Positions 23,666 through 34,264 of a stretch of DNA of 64,000 nt are shown here, in pieces. The notes beneath the pieces are model-generated. The model was not told where the DNA came from, ran no database searches, and saw nothing but the letters and a program-made list of their open reading frames with translations. Origin of the DNA: Candidatus Multivoradales bacterium. GTDB lineage: Bacteria; Acidobacteriota; Thermoanaerobaculia; Multivoradales; J023. A program made the position numbers and the translations under genes. The stretch covers positions 1,664,001 through 1,728,000 of the forward strand of contig CBDFLE010000006.1 in NCBI GenBank assembly GCA_965248925.1. Reading direction: 5' to 3'. Positions within the stretch are counted from its first letter, which is position 1. Each line of letters opens with the position of its first letter.

Positions 23666-24199
23666 ATGACCTCAGACAACTCCGCCGGGCGCCGGTGGGC
23701 ACTGGTCGCCGGCATCGTCGTCATCACCCTGGCATTGTGGCTCTTGCTCGACTCGATGGGAGTGGCAGTGCCATCACTGGGCCGTTTCTGGCCTATCTTC
23801 CCGCTGCTCGGCGGCCTGGCCTCGATCGCCGACTTCTTCGTTGGCAGTCGCCGACCCAGCTCCCTAGGCCGCGGTATTGTCGCCGCCGGCCTAGCTCTGC
23901 TGATGTTCGCCTTCGTCTACCAGGTGCTCGACTGGCGCCGGGTCGGGCAGTGGTGGTCGGCGGTGCCACTGATCGCTGGTATCGCTTTCTTCAGCAGTTG
24001 GCTGGTGGGCGGGCGCAAGAAGCCCCCCTTGCTGGTGCTCGGCGCCAGCGGCATGGGCCTTGGCCTGACCGGCCTGGCACCCCATCTCGCCTGGCTCGAG
24101 CGCCTGCTGCCGCCGGTGGCAGTGTTCTGGGGTATCTTGCTGCTGATGGTGGGAATCTACCTACTCTGGCGCGCGTTTGCTAAGCGCGACGCCAACTGA
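23666..24199 (+). CDS. Membrane protein (LiaF/DUF5668-like repeats)
   Basis: About 6 hydrophobic segments with repeated (F/W)WP motifs. Confidence 0.6.
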   Translation: MTSDNSAGRRWALVAGIVVITLALWLLLDSMGVAVPSLGRFWPIFPLLGGLASIADFFVGSRRPSSLGRGIVAAGLALLMFAFVYQVLDWRRVGQWWSAVPLIAGIAFFSSWLVGGRKKPPLLVLGASGMGLGLTGLAPHLAWLERLLPPVAVFWGILLLMVGIYLLWRAFAKRDAN

Positions 24200-24277
24200 G
24201 CCCACGGCCTGGCCAGCCAATCTGGCTCAACCAAGCCCCTTGAAGAGCAGCGGCACAAGGGGCAGAATCGACTTCTA

Positions 24278-26488
24278 GTGATCGTCTCCGAGCGGTACCC
24301 CCCAGTGATCCGAAAGCCAAGCAACCGCCGAACCTCCGCTGCTCGCCGACTCACCGCTGCCCGGCTAGCGGTCCTGCTCGCCGCCGCCACGGTGGCCCTA
24401 TTTCTAGCCCAGGTGCCCTGGCGCGCACCGCTGACGCTAGTGTGGGCTGACGAAGGCACTTATTTGGCGATGGCCGAGAGCTTGAGCCAGGATTTCGATC
24501 TCTGGTTCAACGAGGACGACGCAGCTCGCTTGCAAGATGCCGAAAGCGGCCGCTCAACGGTGATCTTGCAACGCACGCCTGCCGGCATCTCGTACTCCAA
24601 ACCGGTCCTGTTCGCGCTGCTGGCGGCACCGTTCTTCGCCCTCGCCGACGCCTGGGGGCTGGTGCTGCTCAATGCGCTGGCACTGGCACTCGCCGTCGCC
24701 CTGGCAGCGGCCTATCTACGGCGGGTGGCCCCTGGCGGGCAGGCGGCGTTGATCCTGGTGACCTTCCTCGGCGCCTCGGTGTTGCTGCCCTACGTCTTCT
24801 GGCGGATGAGCGACATCTTGCAGGCGAGCCTGTCGCTGGCCGGGCTGGTGCTGGTATTCGCCAGCGGGCGAGGCCGCACTCCAGAATTTGCTAACCACCT
24901 CGACCGGTGGCTAGTTTGGCGCGGCGCTCCTTGGCTGGGGGCGGCACTGCTGGGACTGGTCGCTAGCCAGCGGCTGTCGAATGTGCTGCTGGCGATGCTA
25001 CCGGCCGCCGCCGCCCTGCTCGAGCGGCGCTGGCGACGGGCCCTCGGCATGGGCATGGCGGCGCTGGCCCCCTTCTTTGTTGTCGCCGCCCTCGGCCAAG
25101 CGCTGACTGGCACCAGCAACCCCTACCGCGCCGAGCGCACCACCTTCAGCGCCCGCAGCGGCTACCCCTCCGGAGCCGGCGCCAGCGAGGTGGGAAAGCA
25201 GTTCGTCGAGCGCGCCGCCACCCATCGCACCGGGCTCAAACCGCAGCTCGGCGGCCGGCGCACGGCGTTGGCGACGCTCTACTTCTTTGTCGGTCGCCAT
25301 ACCGGGCTGCTGTTCTATTTTCCCGCTGCCCTGGCCCTCGGCTTGGCGGCCTTGCGCGGTACCGATCGCAACGGCCTCTTGCTACTAGCGGGCTTCGCCG
25401 GCAGCACCGCTTTCTATTTGATCTGGATGCCATGGAACTATTTCGGCGGCGAGACTTTCCTCGGCAACCGCTACCTGCTGGCCGCCTACCCGGCCTTGCT
25501 CCTGGCACCGAAGCGACTGCCCGGAGCGCGGTTGTTGGCAGCCAGCTGGCTGCTGGCGCTGCTCGCTCAGAGTTCGGCGCTGACCTCGGTGGTCAGGTAC
25601 CACGAGTTCGACCGTTCGAGCCAAAGCCACGCTCGCAGCGGTGTTTTCCGCCTGCTGCCCTACGAGTCCACCGCGCAAGGACTGTCAGGGCGGCGTGACA
25701 AGTATTGGTCGCAACACTTCGTGCGTTTCGTCGACCCCTTCAGCACGGTGAAGAAAAACCACTTCGAACTCCGGGCCGGCGACCCACCCGCCGAGCTGAT
25801 GACCGCGGATTGGCGTCCACCGGGGAAGATCCGCCTGCTGGTGACCACCGACGCACCCCGGGCAACACTGCGCTTTACCGACTATGGCGGCGGGCAGCTT
25901 TTCGCCCTGGGTATCGCCCGCGGCCCGCGCAGCGTGCGCGTGGACCTCGAGCCCTCGACCTCCTGGCGCCAACATCAGTTCTGGTGGATTGCCGACGTCG
26001 CCTACCACATTCGCAGCTTTCGCTTGCAGCTCTTCACTCCCAACGGCGAGCCGGCCAGCGCCCGCCTACGCTATCTCGGTGACCCGGTCGCCAATGAGGG
26101 TAGCTTCGGCTACCGCCGTCTAGACTTTCGTCTTCATGGAGCCGCCAGAGCGGGTGCAACTTCCACTTTGGAGATCCAGCTGCTCAACACTAGCGAAATG
26201 ATCTGGCAAGCTGGAAATGTGATGCCGGTGCGACTGCGGCTGAGCTTTTTCACCCAGCGCAAAGGGGGTGCCCCAGTTTTCACCAGCGAACCCTTCAAGC
26301 TGCCAAATGACATCTACCCAGGCAAAGAGTTGCGCTTGGAAGTTCCCCTCACCTGGCCCGAGGTGGCCGGCCAATATCGACTCGAGGGCGACCTCGAACT
26401 CTACCGTGTCGGCACCTTTGCCAGCCGCCTGGGACGCCCTCTGGTGAGCCGTTGGCTGACCGTCGAGCCAGCGATAGACGAGCCGTGA
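24278..26488 (+). CDS. Polytopic membrane protein, GT-C glycosyltransferase-like, with a C-terminal soluble beta domain
   Basis: WADEGTYLAMAESL after TM1, many TM segments, GNRYLL motif. Confidence 0.55.
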   Translation: MIVSERYPPVIRKPSNRRTSAARRLTAARLAVLLAAATVALFLAQVPWRAPLTLVWADEGTYLAMAESLSQDFDLWFNEDDAARLQDAESGRSTVILQRTPAGISYSKPVLFALLAAPFFALADAWGLVLLNALALALAVALAAAYLRRVAPGGQAALILVTFLGASVLLPYVFWRMSDILQASLSLAGLVLVFASGRGRTPEFANHLDRWLVWRGAPWLGAALLGLVASQRLSNVLLAMLPAAAALLERRWRRALGMGMAALAPFFVVAALGQALTGTSNPYRAERTTFSARSGYPSGAGASEVGKQFVERAATHRTGLKPQLGGRRTALATLYFFVGRHTGLLFYFPAALALGLAALRGTDRNGLLLLAGFAGSTAFYLIWMPWNYFGGETFLGNRYLLAAYPALLLAPKRLPGARLLAASWLLALLAQSSALTSVVRYHEFDRSSQSHARSGVFRLLPYESTAQGLSGRRDKYWSQHFVRFVDPFSTVKKNHFELRAGDPPAELMTADWRPPGKIRLLVTTDAPRATLRFTDYGGGQLFALGIARGPRSVRVDLEPSTSWRQHQFWWIADVAYHIRSFRLQLFTPNGEPASARLRYLGDPVANEGSFGYRRLDFRLHGAARAGATSTLEIQLLNTSEMIWQAGNVMPVRLRLSFFTQRKGGAPVFTSEPFKLPNDIYPGKELRLEVPLTWPEVAGQYRLEGDLELYRVGTFASRLGRPLVSRWLTVEPAIDEP

Positions 26489-26566
26489 TGTTCACCGTCG
26501 ATCTGCCACCTAACCAGGTGCCAGCCGTTTCGCCGTAGCGACGACCAGACGGGGTGGCCCAATTCG

Positions 26567-27067
26567 TCAGGTGTGCTTCTTGAGCGTCGGACAGACCCGA
26601 TGGCTGGGGTCCCACCAAAGGACGCGGAAAGTACCTCTGTCGAGAATGCCAAAGACTCGGGTCCGAGCGTTGACCCGGAGGGATAGCAGCTCTTCCGCCT
26701 CATCTTGGCCGATCACAGCAAGCCGGTCTTTAGCGAGCTTCGAGAAGCTACCGGTCTCGATTGCGTGGTTGTGACTCTTGCCCTGGATGAGGATCTCAGA
26801 CCACTTCATGGTCTCCCACCGACGAACGCGCTCAAGCTACTCTTCGAATTCTCCTGGCTTCAGCTGCTTCCAGCCAAATGGTCCGCTTGTATCCAAGAGA
26901 GCGAAGCTCCAAACTGGCGAAGATCGCAAATAGTCCTCGCCGGCCACTGATCTGGGGTTCTTGCCCGGACGCAAAACGCCACCGGCTTCCCTGGGGATTT
27001 TGCCGGTGGCGAAGGGCATCCGCTTGACAGCTGGGCGCTTCGACTTTCGCCTCTTATTCCGTGCCAC
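26567..27067 (-). pseudogene. Putative RelE-like toxin split by an in-frame TAG (26837-26839)
   Basis: The two track ORFs are in one frame: ...PGEFEE*LERVRRWETMKWSEI...LLSLRVNARTRVFGILDRGTFRVLWWDPSHRV. Confidence 0.75.
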
Positions 27068-27494
27068 TCAGCCCGCCGTAGTACTCGGCCAGTGCCGCGG
27101 GGGAGATCAGGCTGTTACCGCGGGTACTTGCCGGCAGACCGGCGCGGGCGTCCTGCCAAGGCGACTCGCTGTGGGTGAGATCGCTCAACCACTGAGAATT
27201 CCGGTCTCCGTAGTACTTCAGAACGGCATCCACGGTCTCACGCTCGAGCTGCGATAGCTTGCTCGTCTGGCCCCCATGCCACGAGTCCACCTTGAACCGC
27301 CCCCGGTGGCGGTCGTAGAGTTCGGGAATCACCGGGCCGTTGGCCCAAGCTTCAATGGGCTCTTCGAACAATGGCCTTTCATCCCAGACCAGGGACCACG
27401 CCTGGCTGTAGTAGACGAGCTTCTGAAGCTTCATCGTCGTCATCGCCCCAGCCTGCTCCAATATATAAGCCGCTACGTCATGAGCGTTCGCCAT
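27054..27494 (-). CDS. Panacea (SocA/DUF4065) antitoxin
   Basis: DVAAYIL, MKLQKLVYYSQAW, IEAWANGPV, LSDLTHSESPW. Confidence 0.9.
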   Translation of the reverse strand: MANAHDVAAYILEQAGAMTTMKLQKLVYYSQAWSLVWDERPLFEEPIEAWANGPVIPELYDRHRGRFKVDSWHGGQTSKLSQLERETVDAVLKYYGDRNSQWLSDLTHSESPWQDARAGLPASTRGNSLISPAALAEYYGGLSGTE

Positions 27495-27688
27495 TTCAGC
27501 CTCCGCTTTCGACCCTAGTTGCAGTCAAGAATCCTTCGCCTCGCTTGGCTGGGCACCTCTCCTGGCCCCATCCAACACCGCCAGCCGTGACCCGGATCGA
27601 CCAGCTCTTGCACCCTAGCCCTACTTATTCTACGCCCAATCGGGAGCCCCGGCAAAGAACCCAATCTCCGCCTGCTACCATCGCGCCA

Positions 27689-28423
27689 ATGGCCGAGAAA
27701 GAACTGCCCTTGCTCTGCGCCGACCCGGACGATATCGCCAGCCGGGTGCTGGTGGTGGGTGATCCCGACCGCGCCGCCGATGCCGCCCGCTTGTTGCAGC
27801 AGCCGCGCCGGGTGGGGGCCAACCGCGAGTACCTGACATTCACCGGCGAATTCGCCGGCCGGCGGGTGAGCATCGCCTCCCACGGCGTCGGCGCGGCCGG
27901 TGCTGGACTATGTTTCGAGGAGCTGGCACGGGCCGGCGCCACCACCTTGATCCGCGCCGGCACCTGCGGCGCCATCGACGACCGCCTCCAGGACGGCGCC
28001 CTGGTGATCGCCACCGGCGCGGTGCGCGAGGAAGGTCTGACTCCCAAGCTGATCCCCTTGAGCTATCCAGCGATCGCCCACCACGAGCTGATCGCCGCGC
28101 TGCAACAAGCCGCCGAGCGGGCGGCGGTCGAGGTCAGCTGTGGGCTGGTGCTGACTGAAGATCGCTTCTACCCCTCAGCCGCCCTCGGCCAGGATTGGCG
28201 GGTGTGGAAGGCAAGCCAGCTACAGGTGGTCGAGATGGAGACTTCGGCCCTCTTTATCATTGCCCAACTGCACGGCCTGCGGGCTGGCGCCATCTTCACC
28301 GTCGACGGGAATCCGACCCGCGCCGCCGAAGACATGAGCGAGTACGACCCCCACCGCCGGGTGGTCAAAGACGGCAAGCAGCAGATGTTAATCCTGGCCC
28401 TCGACGCCCTGACCCGTGCCTGA
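27689..28423 (+). CDS. Nucleoside phosphorylase (PNP/UDP family)
   Basis: VVGDPDRA, NREY, HGVGAAG, IRAGTCG, VEMETSA. Confidence 0.9.
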   Translation: MAEKELPLLCADPDDIASRVLVVGDPDRAADAARLLQQPRRVGANREYLTFTGEFAGRRVSIASHGVGAAGAGLCFEELARAGATTLIRAGTCGAIDDRLQDGALVIATGAVREEGLTPKLIPLSYPAIAHHELIAALQQAAERAAVEVSCGLVLTEDRFYPSAALGQDWRVWKASQLQVVEMETSALFIIAQLHGLRAGAIFTVDGNPTRAAEDMSEYDPHRRVVKDGKQQMLILALDALTRA

Positions 28424-29774
28424 AAGCAGGCCGCCCAAGATGCAGCCGATCGACACCTTGATCCACGGCGGCCCAGTGCTGAGCATGGATAGCGCCGGCA
28501 GCCAATATCCAGCCGGTGCCATCGCCATCCGCCAAGGCGAAATCATCGCCATCGGCAGCGCCGCCGAGCTGCTGCCGCGCTGGCGCGACCAAGCCTTCGA
28601 GGTTATCAACGCTAGCAGCAAGCTGACCATGCCTGGGCTGATCAACGCCCACACCCACCTGGCAGACGTACTTTTTCGCGGTCTCTATGACGACCTGGCG
28701 TTGGAACCCTGGCTTGAGCGCCTATGGGCTTCAGAGCGAGCCTTCGTGCGTCCCGACACGGTGCGTCTGGGCACTCGGCTAGCGTTGGCGGAGATGATTC
28801 GCAGCGGTACGACCACCGCCCTCGACATGTTCTTCTACCCCGAGGTCTCGACCACTATTGCCGCCGAAGCGGGCTTCCGCCTGCTCGCCGGCCAGCCCCT
28901 GTTCAGCGGCGCGGCCGCCGACAACCTGAGCTGGGAAGAGCGCATCGAGCGCAGCCGACAGCTCTTTGCTTGCTGGCATGGCCACCCCTTGATCGTCCCT
29001 TGGGTGATGCCGCACGCCACTTACACCGTCACCCCCGAGCACCTGGCGCAGGTCCGCGATCTGGTGCAGGAACTCGACGCCCCCTTCACCACCCATCTGT
29101 CGGAAACCGCTTTCGAGGTGTCGAGCGTCCGTACCAGCTGCGGCCACCGGCCACCGGCCCATCTCGAACAGCTCGGCCTGTTGGCGGGGCGCACCGTGCT
29201 GGCCCATCTGATCCACCTCGACGACGGCGAGATCGATCTGTTAGCCCGCAACCGCGCCGCCATCGCCCACTGTCCGATGTCGAATCTCAAGTTGGGTTCA
29301 GGCATCGCCCGCCTCAGCGACTTACAGGCCAGCGGCGTGGCGATCACCCTGGGCACCGACGGGCCGGTGTCCTCGAATGACCTCGACCTGTGGGCCACCC
29401 TGCGCTTGGCGGCGGTGCTGCACAAGGGCGCACGGCAAGATCCTTCCCTGTTCAACGCCCGTCAGGTGGTCGAATGGGTAACCCGCGAGGGCGCCGAGCA
29501 CCTCGGCATCGGTCAACTCTGCGGCAGTCTAGAGGTGGGCAAACGCGCCGATCTGATCCTCCTCGATCTCGACCGCCCGCACCTCACCCCGCGCTTCGAT
29601 CTCCACTCCCTGCTGGTCTACGCCGTCGGCCGCGACGACGTCAGCCACACCATGGTCGACGGCCGCTGGCTGCTGCGCGATCGCCAGCTGACCACCCTCG
29701 ACGAAGCCAGCGCCCGCGACGATGTCGCCACCCTGGCGGCCGACATCGCCGCCCACGCCGCCGCTCGCCGCTAA
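28416..29774 (+). CDS. Amidohydrolase, MTA/SAH/nucleoside deaminase-like
   Basis: PGLINAHTH, HLSET, HCPMSNLKLGSG, LGTDG, GSLEVGKRAD. Confidence 0.85.
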   Translation: MPESRPPKMQPIDTLIHGGPVLSMDSAGSQYPAGAIAIRQGEIIAIGSAAELLPRWRDQAFEVINASSKLTMPGLINAHTHLADVLFRGLYDDLALEPWLERLWASERAFVRPDTVRLGTRLALAEMIRSGTTTALDMFFYPEVSTTIAAEAGFRLLAGQPLFSGAAADNLSWEERIERSRQLFACWHGHPLIVPWVMPHATYTVTPEHLAQVRDLVQELDAPFTTHLSETAFEVSSVRTSCGHRPPAHLEQLGLLAGRTVLAHLIHLDDGEIDLLARNRAAIAHCPMSNLKLGSGIARLSDLQASGVAITLGTDGPVSSNDLDLWATLRLAAVLHKGARQDPSLFNARQVVEWVTREGAEHLGIGQLCGSLEVGKRADLILLDLDRPHLTPRFDLHSLLVYAVGRDDVSHTMVDGRWLLRDRQLTTLDEASARDDVATLAADIAAHAAARR

Positions 29775-29789
29775 CCACCCGAGGCAGGC

Positions 29790-30857
29790 TCAGTCGCCGT
29801 CCCAATCCCAGAAGTAGTCTTTGTTGGTGAGTTCGACCGGGTCGGCGGAGGGGGCCGCGACGCTGGCGGTAGATCCCGCGTCGGCAGCGACGCTCTCGCC
29901 CCGCACCACAGCCAGCTGCTCTTCGAGGTCTTCGGTCTCCTGGCGCCAGTATTCATCGCTGCCGAAATGCGGCCAGGCGGTCTGGAAAGCGGGATCATGC
30001 CAGCGCCGGGCCAGCCAACCAGCGTAGCGCACCATGCGCAGGCCGCGCAGGGGCTCGATCAAGCGCAGAGTGCTGCGATCGAAACCGCGCAACTGCTCGT
30101 AGGCATCGAGAAAGAGTTCCCTCTGGCGCTCGGCCTCGACGTCGCGACCGGGCAGAGCCAGCCACATATCCTGCACCGGTGGACCCTCGACGAAGTCGTC
30201 AAAATCGAGCAGCCGCAGCACCCCGTCGCGCAACAGCACGTTGCCCAGGTGCAAATCGGCATGGATGCGCTGGATGGCGACTCCCGCGAGCAGCCGGTCG
30301 GCGTGCTCGGCAATCTCCACGGCAGCCTCGACATAACGACGCTCGAACGGTTCAGGCAAAGTGTCGTGGGCGGCGAAAAATTGCAGCACGCGGCGGATGT
30401 AGCGTTCCGCATCGAGCCGCGGCCTCAACTCAGCCGAACCGCGCGCACCGACGTTGTGCATTCGCGCCACCAGCATGCCCAGGCGGCGCACATCGGTATC
30501 GCTGAGCTCATCTGGAGCGCGACCACCGCGGCGTTCTGACAGGCTGTAGTAGATGTGGTCGATCTTCTTCAGCGTGCTGCCATCGGGAAAGGGCATCACT
30601 GTGCAAACTTCGATTTCTTCCGCCGCCAGCTCGCCCAGGAAAGCATGCTCGGCGAGGATTTGCTCTTCACTCCAGCGCTCTGGGCGGTAGAACTTGGCCA
30701 CCAACCGGCTGCGATCTTCGAGTTCGACTTCGTAGACTCGGTTCTCGAACGAATTCAGTGGATAGCAGACCGGCCGGCAAGCCAAGCCACCCGCCTCAAC
30801 GGCGGCCAGCACTTTCTCCGGGGTCAGCGACAAAAAAAGGTCAGTGGCGGCGTCCAT
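29790..30857 (-). CDS. srkA: Stress-response Ser/Thr kinase SrkA/RdoA
   Basis: LNSFENRVY, VAKFYRPERW, HADLHLGN, DFDD, RRWHDPAF. Confidence 0.88.
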   Translation of the reverse strand: MDAATDLFLSLTPEKVLAAVEAGGLACRPVCYPLNSFENRVYEVELEDRSRLVAKFYRPERWSEEQILAEHAFLGELAAEEIEVCTVMPFPDGSTLKKIDHIYYSLSERRGGRAPDELSDTDVRRLGMLVARMHNVGARGSAELRPRLDAERYIRRVLQFFAAHDTLPEPFERRYVEAAVEIAEHADRLLAGVAIQRIHADLHLGNVLLRDGVLRLLDFDDFVEGPPVQDMWLALPGRDVEAERQRELFLDAYEQLRGFDRSTLRLIEPLRGLRMVRYAGWLARRWHDPAFQTAWPHFGSDEYWRQETEDLEEQLAVVRGESVAADAGSTASVAAPSADPVELTNKDYFWDWDGD

Positions 30858-31036
30858 CCATCCACTCTACCGCTGCCGATGGCAGCACATCCACCTCAGC
30901 CGCCGCGAATCTGGGCCGACTTCAGATTCACCACCAAGAAAGCAGCACACCGCAGAGACATCCGCCTAGCCGAATGCCTTCTCAGGCTGGCCGCGGATAG
31001 CTATCATGGGAGTTCTTCAGACGCTCGGCAGCACCA

Positions 31037-33253
31037 ATGAACAGTTTGCACTCACAGCGGTGGCCCGCGAGGCCACGGACTCACCATGCCTGCGCCAGGT
31101 TGGCGCGCGGGGTGCTAGGCGCAGCCCTGTTGGCCAGCGTCGCCGGCTGCGCCGCACCGGCCGATCCAGTGCTCCCCCTGCCGCCTGCCGATCACCGCTT
31201 GCGGCTCGATCAACTCGACGGCCGGTTGCTCACCGACCAGCCCCTCTTGGTGCTGCCCAACCGTGCCTGGCGCCGCCACGCCGACCGCGACATCTGGTTT
31301 ATGGCGCGGGCAGCGTCGATGCTCTGCCACCTAGACACACCGCTCGAACAACCTTTGAGCCTGGGCTTCTTGCTCGAAGAGGGAGCCGAGCGCCCCTGCT
31401 TAGAGGTGGCGTGGAATGGCCACGACGCCAGCGACCGCAGTAGCTGGGAAGAGCGCGAACTGCGGATCACCTTCGCGCCGGGTGAGCTGCGGCCCGGCAC
31501 CCACCTGGTGTCGCTACAACAATGCGGCGACCGACCCGCGCAGACGGCGGTGAGCTTCCAGCACATCGGCTACCGCCGCCCCGACTCGGTACATATCTTG
31601 CCGCCCGAGAAGTTCGAAGATTTTCTCTTCCTGGCCGACCTGCTGAGCTTCGGTGTCACTGGTTCTTTCGGTCGCGAGAAACTCGGCGGCATGGTCTTCC
31701 AGGGCCTGCACACGGTGGCCGTGGAGCTGCCCTCGGCTGGCGGCGGCAAGTTTTCCCTGCGCTTGCAGAATGCTTCCTTTGGCGCCGCCTCCTTCCGCGC
31801 CAGCGCTGGCGAGCAGCGAGCGGTGCTAGAGCTTGGCTCCCACCAGCGAGAGACCTTCGAAATCGAGGTGCCAGCCAATTCGGGAGAGCTCATCCTCAGT
31901 GTCGAAGGCGACCCCAATGGCTTCTTCCTCTGGGGTGCGCCAACCTTCGTCCCAGCCGGCGGCAGCGAGTTGCCGTCGCTGGTGCTGATCACCCTCGACA
32001 CTACCCGCCGCGACGTACTCGGGGCCTACGGTGGAGCGCCGGGCCTGACCCCGGCCTTGGACGCCCTGGCCGCCGAGGCGACGGTCTTCGAGCGCGCCTA
32101 TGCCCCCTCCTCCTGGACCCTGCCCTCGCACGCTTCGATCTTCACCGGCCTCTACCCCTCGCGCCACGGTGCTGGGGTCGCTGGCGATCATCTCGAAGGA
32201 CGCTTCACCACCGTCGCCGAGCTGCTGCGGCAGCGGGGCTATCTGACCGCCGGATTCGCAGGCGGCTTGCTTTCCTCCTACCGCTTCGGCGTTGCCCAAG
32301 GGTTCTCCCTATTCCGCGACCCGACCGGTTTCGAGTCCTCGGCCGACGAGATCAACAGCCATGCCCGCAGCCTGTTGGCCGACAGCGGTGAGCAGCCCTT
32401 GTTCTTGTTCATCAACTACTTCGACCCCCACTTCCCTTACGCCGCCCCGAAGGGATTCCGCGCCGCCCAGCAAGTCGATCAGAAGATCGCCAGCGTCCAA
32501 GGTCCCGAGCTGTGGCTTGCAGCCCTGGCCGGCTCCAGCGAAGCCTGGTTGCGAGTCACCGCCGGTGAGGTCGCCCACAGCGCCGAGGCCCTCGACGCCT
32601 TGGGCGCCGCCTACCGCGCCGAAATCGCCTTCACCGACCAACAGCTCGGCAAGCTCTTCGACGACCTGCGGCGCAACAATCGTTGGCAAGACAGCCTGAT
32701 CATCGTCACCGCCGACCACGGCGAATTGTTGGGGGAAGGAGGGCACGTCTCCCACGCTGCCCGTCTCGATCCTGAGTTGGTCGAGGTGCCGCTGATTATC
32801 AAATGGCCCGGCCAGCAGCACGGCACTCGGCGCGACCAACTAGTCTCTCTGGTCGACCTCTTCCCCACCCTGCTACGCGCCGCCGGAATCGAGCTACCCG
32901 AGAACATCGACGGCCTGCCCCTACAAGCCGCAAAAGCCCTCGAAAAGCGCTCCGCCGTGTGGATGGAAGAGCACGACAGCGACTTCCACCGCTTGCCCGA
33001 GCGCATGCGCCACGGCGCCGACGCCTACGGCCGCCAAGAAAAAGCCTTCCGCCAAATCGCCTGGGAAGACGGCACCCTCTGCGCCCGCGGCGGCACCGGC
33101 GCCTGGCGCCCCACCCCCTGCCCGCCCACGGACCCCGAGGGTCGCCAGCTCTTCGACCAGGCCGGCGCCGACGCCTGGCGCGCCCAGGCCACCCGCATCG
33201 GCCTCAGCGATGAAGAACGCAGCAAGCTGCGGGCGTTGGGTTATTTGCAGTAG
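31037..33253 (+). CDS. Sulfatase-like hydrolase/transferase lipoprotein
   Basis: Lipobox VAGC, LITLDTTRRD, WTLPSHASIFTG, DPHFPY, TADHGE, C-terminal LRALGYL. Confidence 0.88.
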   Translation: MNSLHSQRWPARPRTHHACARLARGVLGAALLASVAGCAAPADPVLPLPPADHRLRLDQLDGRLLTDQPLLVLPNRAWRRHADRDIWFMARAASMLCHLDTPLEQPLSLGFLLEEGAERPCLEVAWNGHDASDRSSWEERELRITFAPGELRPGTHLVSLQQCGDRPAQTAVSFQHIGYRRPDSVHILPPEKFEDFLFLADLLSFGVTGSFGREKLGGMVFQGLHTVAVELPSAGGGKFSLRLQNASFGAASFRASAGEQRAVLELGSHQRETFEIEVPANSGELILSVEGDPNGFFLWGAPTFVPAGGSELPSLVLITLDTTRRDVLGAYGGAPGLTPALDALAAEATVFERAYAPSSWTLPSHASIFTGLYPSRHGAGVAGDHLEGRFTTVAELLRQRGYLTAGFAGGLLSSYRFGVAQGFSLFRDPTGFESSADEINSHARSLLADSGEQPLFLFINYFDPHFPYAAPKGFRAAQQVDQKIASVQGPELWLAALAGSSEAWLRVTAGEVAHSAEALDALGAAYRAEIAFTDQQLGKLFDDLRRNNRWQDSLIIVTADHGELLGEGGHVSHAARLDPELVEVPLIIKWPGQQHGTRRDQLVSLVDLFPTLLRAAGIELPENIDGLPLQAAKALEKRSAVWMEEHDSDFHRLPERMRHGADAYGRQEKAFRQIAWEDGTLCARGGTGAWRPTPCPPTDPEGRQLFDQAGADAWRAQATRIGLSDEERSKLRALGYLQ
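31839..33253 (+). repeat. Copy 1 of the ~1.4 kb direct repeat
   Basis: Near-identical to 47641-49088; both copies end exactly at the sulfatase stop codon. Confidence 0.92.
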
Positions 33254-33604
33254 GGCAGTTCAGGAGCAACGGCACAAGAGCTACCGCCTACCTAGCTTTA
33301 GTTTCTGGCGTTGTTGAAGGAGAAAGAGCAAGGCCATCATTACCAGCGCCAAGTGATGGTGCCAAGCCTTCCAACTGCGGGCCTGGTAGTCGGCAATCCC
33401 ACCGCCAGACCATGTCTCGCATCACGTTCAGGTGCCCACTCCCGCTGCCACGCCGACTCCGGCCGTTGTGCCAACCAAACATCCACTCCCTTGCGCCTTT
33501 GCGGCACTCTAAACGCAGCCGTCGGGGCTAGGAGAGGAAGGCCAGCCCTTCTGATAAGATGGGTGACGTATCCGGAGAGCTTTCGAATTCAGGGGAGGAG
33601 CACT

Positions 33605-34264
33605 ATGGGACTCGACCGAGACCACGCCTTGCTCGCGGAGGCCTCGCAGACCAGCTTGGCGAAGACTCGGCGGGACCAGATTGAGGTCAACCGCAAACTC
33701 AAAATTTCTGGTACACATGGAAGACCACCTCTTCGAACTGGGCTTGAATGTCAAACAGTTGCGACTAGCCTGCGGCATCCACGATCCTTCGGTGACCACT
33801 GAATTTCGGCGCGAGTTGGTTCTGAGTCTGAAGGTCTACCTGGACGATCGGCGCATGGAGCCTGCCGCTTTCCTACTGCGTCGCTAAGATTTGCGGGTGC
33901 GCAAGATTGGCGAGCTATTGGGCTACTCCCGCCTGTCGACCTTTCATGCCACCTTCGAACGACGCTTCAGCGTGACGCCGCGGAAGTATCGCCGGCAAAA
34001 ACACCAGGAAGCCCCGCCGGTAGAGGAGCGGAACGATGAGCATCTCTCCCTCCCCTTCTGGCGCCGAGCACTGCTCGGCGAAGCGGACCCGAAGAAGGTC
34101 GCACGCTTGCATCGGGTTCTACAAGAACGCTGCCCCGATATTTTCCTTTCAGCCAGCGACACCGAGTCGCCCGCCTATAGTCGTCCCTGGAAGGTGGTGG
34201 TGGATGGGCGTGAGTTTGAGCGCATCAAGGCCGACTAGACCTGGCGTCAGCTCCAAGACTTGAC
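33605..34264 (+). pseudogene. AraC-family HTH regulator remnant truncated by an IS
   Basis: RRMEPAAFLLRR*DLRVRKIGELLGYSRLSTFHATFERRFSVTPRKYR; in-frame stops at 33885 and 34236; probable 5' frameshift. Confidence 0.75.

Noticed and set aside
27689-29774. Nucleoside phosphorylase and deaminase as part of the oxetane cluster
   Set aside because: They lie outside the repeat-bounded island, separated by srkA and the sulfatase, and look like an ordinary salvage pair.
33254-33600. Possible mobile-element remnant at the island's left edge
   Set aside because: No recognisable transposase/integrase motif or terminal repeat could be established.
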